Assembly: GCA_040182905.1 (NCBI GenBank) | Contig: JARQWU010000077.1 | Coordinates: 1 to 37,356 of the forward strand | Reading direction: 5' to 3' | Length of the DNA: 37,356 nt | Source of the DNA: Barthelona sp. PAP020 | Taxonomy: Eukaryota | In this document: piece by piece, positions 34,447 through 37,356 of the stretch | Layout: the number at the start of each line of letters is the position of its first letter | Position numbering within the stretch: the first letter of the stretch is position 1 | Notes under the pieces: model-generated | Seen by the model: only the letters and a program-made list of their open reading frames with translations | Databases searched by the model: none | Told to the model about the DNA's origin: nothing | Position numbers and translations under genes: made by a program

Positions 34447-34559
34447 TTTTAAAAAAATACAGACCCTAAAAGACAAAAAAACAAATTGGAATGAAAAAAA
34501 TTCTTTGGAAAAAAGTTTGAAATAATTTCATTTTTTCTTTCTCTCGTCATTTTATCGAA

Positions 34560-35074
34560 ATGTCTCCAGCCGTTTTAAAAACTGGTAGAATTGTTATCCT
34601 TCTCGCTGGTCGTTATGCCGGACGCAAGGCAGTTATCGTAGATAATATGTTGATGTGATTTATTTTATTTATTTCATTTGTTTTTATCATTCAATACTAA
34701 CTTTAGTACCCCAAATTGTTGGAACAAAAACTCGCCGTTATGGTCATATTGTTGTTGCTGGTATTGAGCGTTATCCCTTATCTCTTAACAAAGAAATGTC
34801 CAAGGAGAAGATGGAAAAGCGTTCTAGAGTCAAACCTTTCTTAAAAGTTGTTAACCTTCAACATGTTATGCCTACACGTTACATGATTAACCTTGATAAA
34901 GAAGTAGATTCCGTTAAGTGCCCTAGTTTCCCCAAGGCCAAGGAAGTCAGTGCTGATTCTCGTAAAGTTGTTTTGAAAAATCTTAGTGAGTACTTCAATG
35001 CTGTATATCAAAGTATTGGAAAGAACCCTGAAATGCAAGGTGAAAAATTCTTTTTCCGTAAGCTTCGTTTCTAA
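34560..35074 (+). CDS. RPL27: 60S ribosomal protein L27 (eL27); exons 34560-34644 and 34710-35074 (149 aa)
   Basis: Exon 1 gives MSPAVLKTGRIVILLAGRYAGRKAVIVD (KOW motif). Exon 2 contains YGH.VVAGIERYP, KRSRVKPF.KVVN..H.MPTRY and FF.KLRF. Confidence 0.96.
34645..34709 (+). other. 65-nt non-canonical AT-AC intron (phase 1) in RPL27 with U2-type signals
   Basis: ATATGTTG...TACTAAC-TTTAGT-AC. No GT donor gives the right phase without deleting conserved residues. Confidence 0.75.
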
Positions 35075-35193
35075 TTTTTTTTATCGGTAATTTGTGTTTC
35101 CTAAACAAGTAAAAGAAGACATTTCAATTTTTTTATTTTTTCCTGTTTTGACTTTGATTGATTCATAGCCAATCATAAGAATAGATTTTTTTC

Positions 35194-36303
35194 ATGAACA
35201 GTGAATTTATTTTAGATATCAAAAAAACATTAGAAAAAGATTATTCAAACACATTTTGGTTGACACCTATTCACAGAATTGGATCTGTGCCTACTCCATC
35301 TTTTTCTCGACAAATATATGATGAAGGTATTTATTATGGAACTGTTGGTGGAGGAGCATTTGAATATGAGGCTCAAAAATGTTGTGATCGAGGATTTGAG
35401 GTTAGTGAATATAATTCCAAAGTTACGAGAGTTCATCTGAATTCAAAAGAAGTAGAAAAGGATATACCTGTTTGTGGTGGAGTTGGAACAGTTTTAATTG
35501 AAAAATTTGAACATGTTGCAGAGTTTTTGGTTCAAATGATTGAAAATATTCAACATGGAAGGGCTTTTTATGAAATTGTTGTTGTGAAAAACATGGATTT
35601 AAATGGTATTGCGGATATTCCTATTGACTTACCTCATGCTTTAATGGAATACTCTACCATTTGTTCTCGTTATATTGTGAATGAATTGAACGAGTTGACA
35701 AATGCACAACTCTTGAATGATTGTCAATTTTTATTGGAAAAGAATAATAATGAAATTGGGATGATGTTTGGGGACAACTTCATCTATATTGCCCATCATC
35801 AACCAATTCCCAGATTGCTCATCTTTGGTGGTGGGCATGTTGGTGAAAAAGTAGCACGAGTCGGTTGTATTGCTGGATTTTCTCCCATAGTTATTGACGA
35901 TCGTGAAAACATTATTGATCAATTAAATTTTCATGACGATATACAAAAAAGAAGAATGAGCTATGAGAATCTTGAAGAGTTACACATTAAAGCATGCGAT
36001 TTTGTTGTTATCGTCACGCATGGACATAGGCACGATTTGACTGTTATTTCTCAATTAATGAAGCTCCCATTCATATTGAGGTATATAGGAATGATTGGAA
36101 GTCGTAGAAAAGTTAGTTTAACGTTTGCCAAGTTGAAAGAAATGGAAACACCTCAAGAGAAAATTGAATCTGTCAGAGCACCTATTGGATTAGCTATTGG
36201 TGGGGATACTGCTGGGGAAATTGCTGTTGCTATTGTCGCAGAAATGATTTTGGTAAATACTGGAGGTTCAAAAAAAGGATCCGGCTGTCCTAGTACTTTA
36301 TAA
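35194..36303 (+). CDS. xdhC: XdhC/CoxI-family molybdenum-cofactor insertion chaperone (prokaryote-type)
   Basis: GS.P, GTVGGG..E, CGG, LLIFGGGHVG, IDDR, VTHGH.HD, YIGMIGSRRK, APIGL.IGG.T..EIAVAIVAE. Confidence 0.93.
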   Translation: MNSEFILDIKKTLEKDYSNTFWLTPIHRIGSVPTPSFSRQIYDEGIYYGTVGGGAFEYEAQKCCDRGFEVSEYNSKVTRVHLNSKEVEKDIPVCGGVGTVLIEKFEHVAEFLVQMIENIQHGRAFYEIVVVKNMDLNGIADIPIDLPHALMEYSTICSRYIVNELNELTNAQLLNDCQFLLEKNNNEIGMMFGDNFIYIAHHQPIPRLLIFGGGHVGEKVARVGCIAGFSPIVIDDRENIIDQLNFHDDIQKRRMSYENLEELHIKACDFVVIVTHGHRHDLTVISQLMKLPFILRYIGMIGSRRKVSLTFAKLKEMETPQEKIESVRAPIGLAIGGDTAGEIAVAIVAEMILVNTGGSKKGSGCPSTL

Positions 36304-36439
36304 TGCTCATAAAATCGGAGAAAAAAAATTTTTTTTAACTTAGGGAACACATCAGGCGGCTCATATTTCATTTTATCTCAGAAAGAATATTTGAACAGTG
36401 ATGACAACGCCTAGCATTGACACTAAGTAAAAGATATTA

Positions 36440-36555
36440 TTTTTGGCTGTAAGTTTTGTTAAGATTAGTAATTAAAGGTAAAACCATATCAGTAAGCTTA
36501 TTAATTTGGCTTAAAATAGAAAGAAATATTTTTAACAAAACTTGTAGCCCAAAAA
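36440..36555 (+). repeat. Imperfect inverted repeat forming a 25-bp stem with an internally structured loop
   Basis: TTTTTGGCTGTAAGTTTTGTTAAGA (36440-36464) pairs with TTTTAACAAAACTTGTAGCCCAAAAA (36530-36555), with one bulge and three G.U pairs on the + strand. Confidence 0.8.
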
Positions 36556-37356
36556 GAAGAACATTAACCACGGATTAATCTTGCACCTCTGATTATCGAA
36601 CAAGACAAAACAGGATCTTTAAAAACGAACTCAAACAATCTTCCTTTTAGTCCTAGGTTGTCAAACTATCAAAAAACTTTGAATAGGAAGCAGTTTTACC
36701 TTTGCTCAAACTTTGGGTGTGGAAATACCATTTCAAAATCTGGACCATTCACGTTACGAAAAGGAAAAGAAAGAATGCAAGACTATCAGATTGCAAATTT
36801 GAATCAAGTCATTACGAAACCGATACAGTTAAGTGTTTGTAGCAAAGCGGACGGATTTCATTTAAAACACAATATAAATGTATTTAAGGTTTCTTCTTGC
36901 AATTTGTAATATTAATGGGTATTAAAATTGAAAAGCTCATGTAATAATAAACTTAATCGTAAGACTTCAAATATTAAGGATAAAAGCAAATAAATTAGGT
37001 CAATATGGAATGTCAAAATCCTACAAAGAGAACTTAATTGGAGAGATTTAAAGTGAATCAAGGGGCTAAAGGAAAGTATTACACTTTTCTTCAAATACCT
37101 GCTCATCCAAACCGGAAACATTTCTTTTTTTTAAGAGTGTTCTAAACCATCCACGCAAAACGACTCAGTTGCAAGTACCCCCAAACTCTAACCGAGAACA
37201 ATAAAGGTGTTTATAAGCATTTGTTATTATTGTGAAACGTAGCAAGCATTTCATAAGAGAGCAACAACAAAAAAAGAGTGAAGAAACGCCCCAGAATTTG
37301 ATTCAAGCAAAATTTCTCGTATTTCAGAATTTATCAAATAATAAAACAAATAGTTG

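Noticed and set aside
34463..34470. ACCCTAAA telo-box or telomerase-template-like word upstream of RPL27
   Set aside because: A single 8-mer, not distinguishable from chance.
34655..34709. ORF-track N-terminus MIYFIYFICFYHSILTLV of RPL27
   Set aside because: This is translated intron sequence; the true KOW-containing N-terminus starts at 34560.
34645..34709. U12-type (minor spliceosome) assignment of the AT-AC intron
   Set aside because: It lacks ATATCCTT and TCCTTAAC and has ATATGT and TACTAAC instead.
9105..35074. Apparent cluster of ribosome-biogenesis genes (FKBP, FCF1, UTP7, RPL27)
   Set aside because: They are interspersed with unrelated genes on both strands, which is plausible by chance in a compact genome.
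36341..36365. Minus-strand GAGCCG...GTTC resembling group II intron domain V
   Set aside because: Too short; no GNRA-capped 34-nt hairpin and no domain VI.
481..36371. The many 60-155 aa ORFs overlapping longer genes, antisense or in alternative frames
   Set aside because: They are shadows of well-supported genes, have low-complexity F/L/S/I composition and show no motifs.
36641..37307. Long-range pairings (36641-36654 with 37061-37074; 36798-36809 with 37296-37307) and an RNase MRP-like AAGGGGCTAA
   Set aside because: Helices of 12-13 bp with G.U pairs are expected by chance in 1 kb of AT-rich sequence, these two cross each other, and no matching GAAAGTCCCC-type 5' strand was found.
1..37356. 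Alternative genetic code or selenocysteine readthrough
   Set aside because: Conserved genes end at expected positions with TAA, TAG and TGA; no conserved ORF is interrupted by an in-frame stop; no convincing SECIS seen.
1..37356. CRISPR arrays, tRNA or rRNA genes, transposase or reverse transcriptase genes
   Set aside because: No repeat-spacer periodicity, cloverleaf/T-loop signature, rRNA motif or mobile-element protein motif was seen by eye.

Overview
Very AT-rich, gene-dense nuclear DNA from a flagellated microbial eukaryote. It uses the standard genetic code, has short intergenic spacers and is almost intron-free. This architecture and a prokaryote-type XdhC gene suggest an anaerobic metamonad-like protist, but the taxon cannot be determined from this window. 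About 21 protein genes are present: the 5' end of an outer-arm dynein intermediate chain (DNAI2-like), CDC50, a divergent BEACH-WD40 protein, a thioredoxin/CcdA-like membrane protein, a nucleoplasmin-FKBP, PLAC8, CCDC148-like, FCF1, a membrane 5'-nucleotidase, a nucleotide-sugar transporter, an IKS1-like kinase, CEPT, UTP7/WDR46, a TPR protein, WDR5, MON2-like, MER3/HFM1, RPL27, XdhC and two orphans. The ORF track misses two short introns: a 43-nt GT-AG intron in UTP7 and a 65-nt intron in RPL27. The RPL27 intron restores the conserved protein only with a non-canonical AT donor, most likely as an AT-AC intron carrying U2-type signals. Both introns have identical ACTAAC-N6-dinucleotide 3' ends, suggesting the 3' splice site is chosen by distance from the branch point. 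Other points of interest: a ~190-nt structured candidate RNA with partial U2 snRNA resemblance between MER3 and RPL27, a 25-bp G.U-containing stem in the ORF-free kilobase after XdhC, a Walker A Thr->Met change in MER3, and two likely prokaryote-derived genes.
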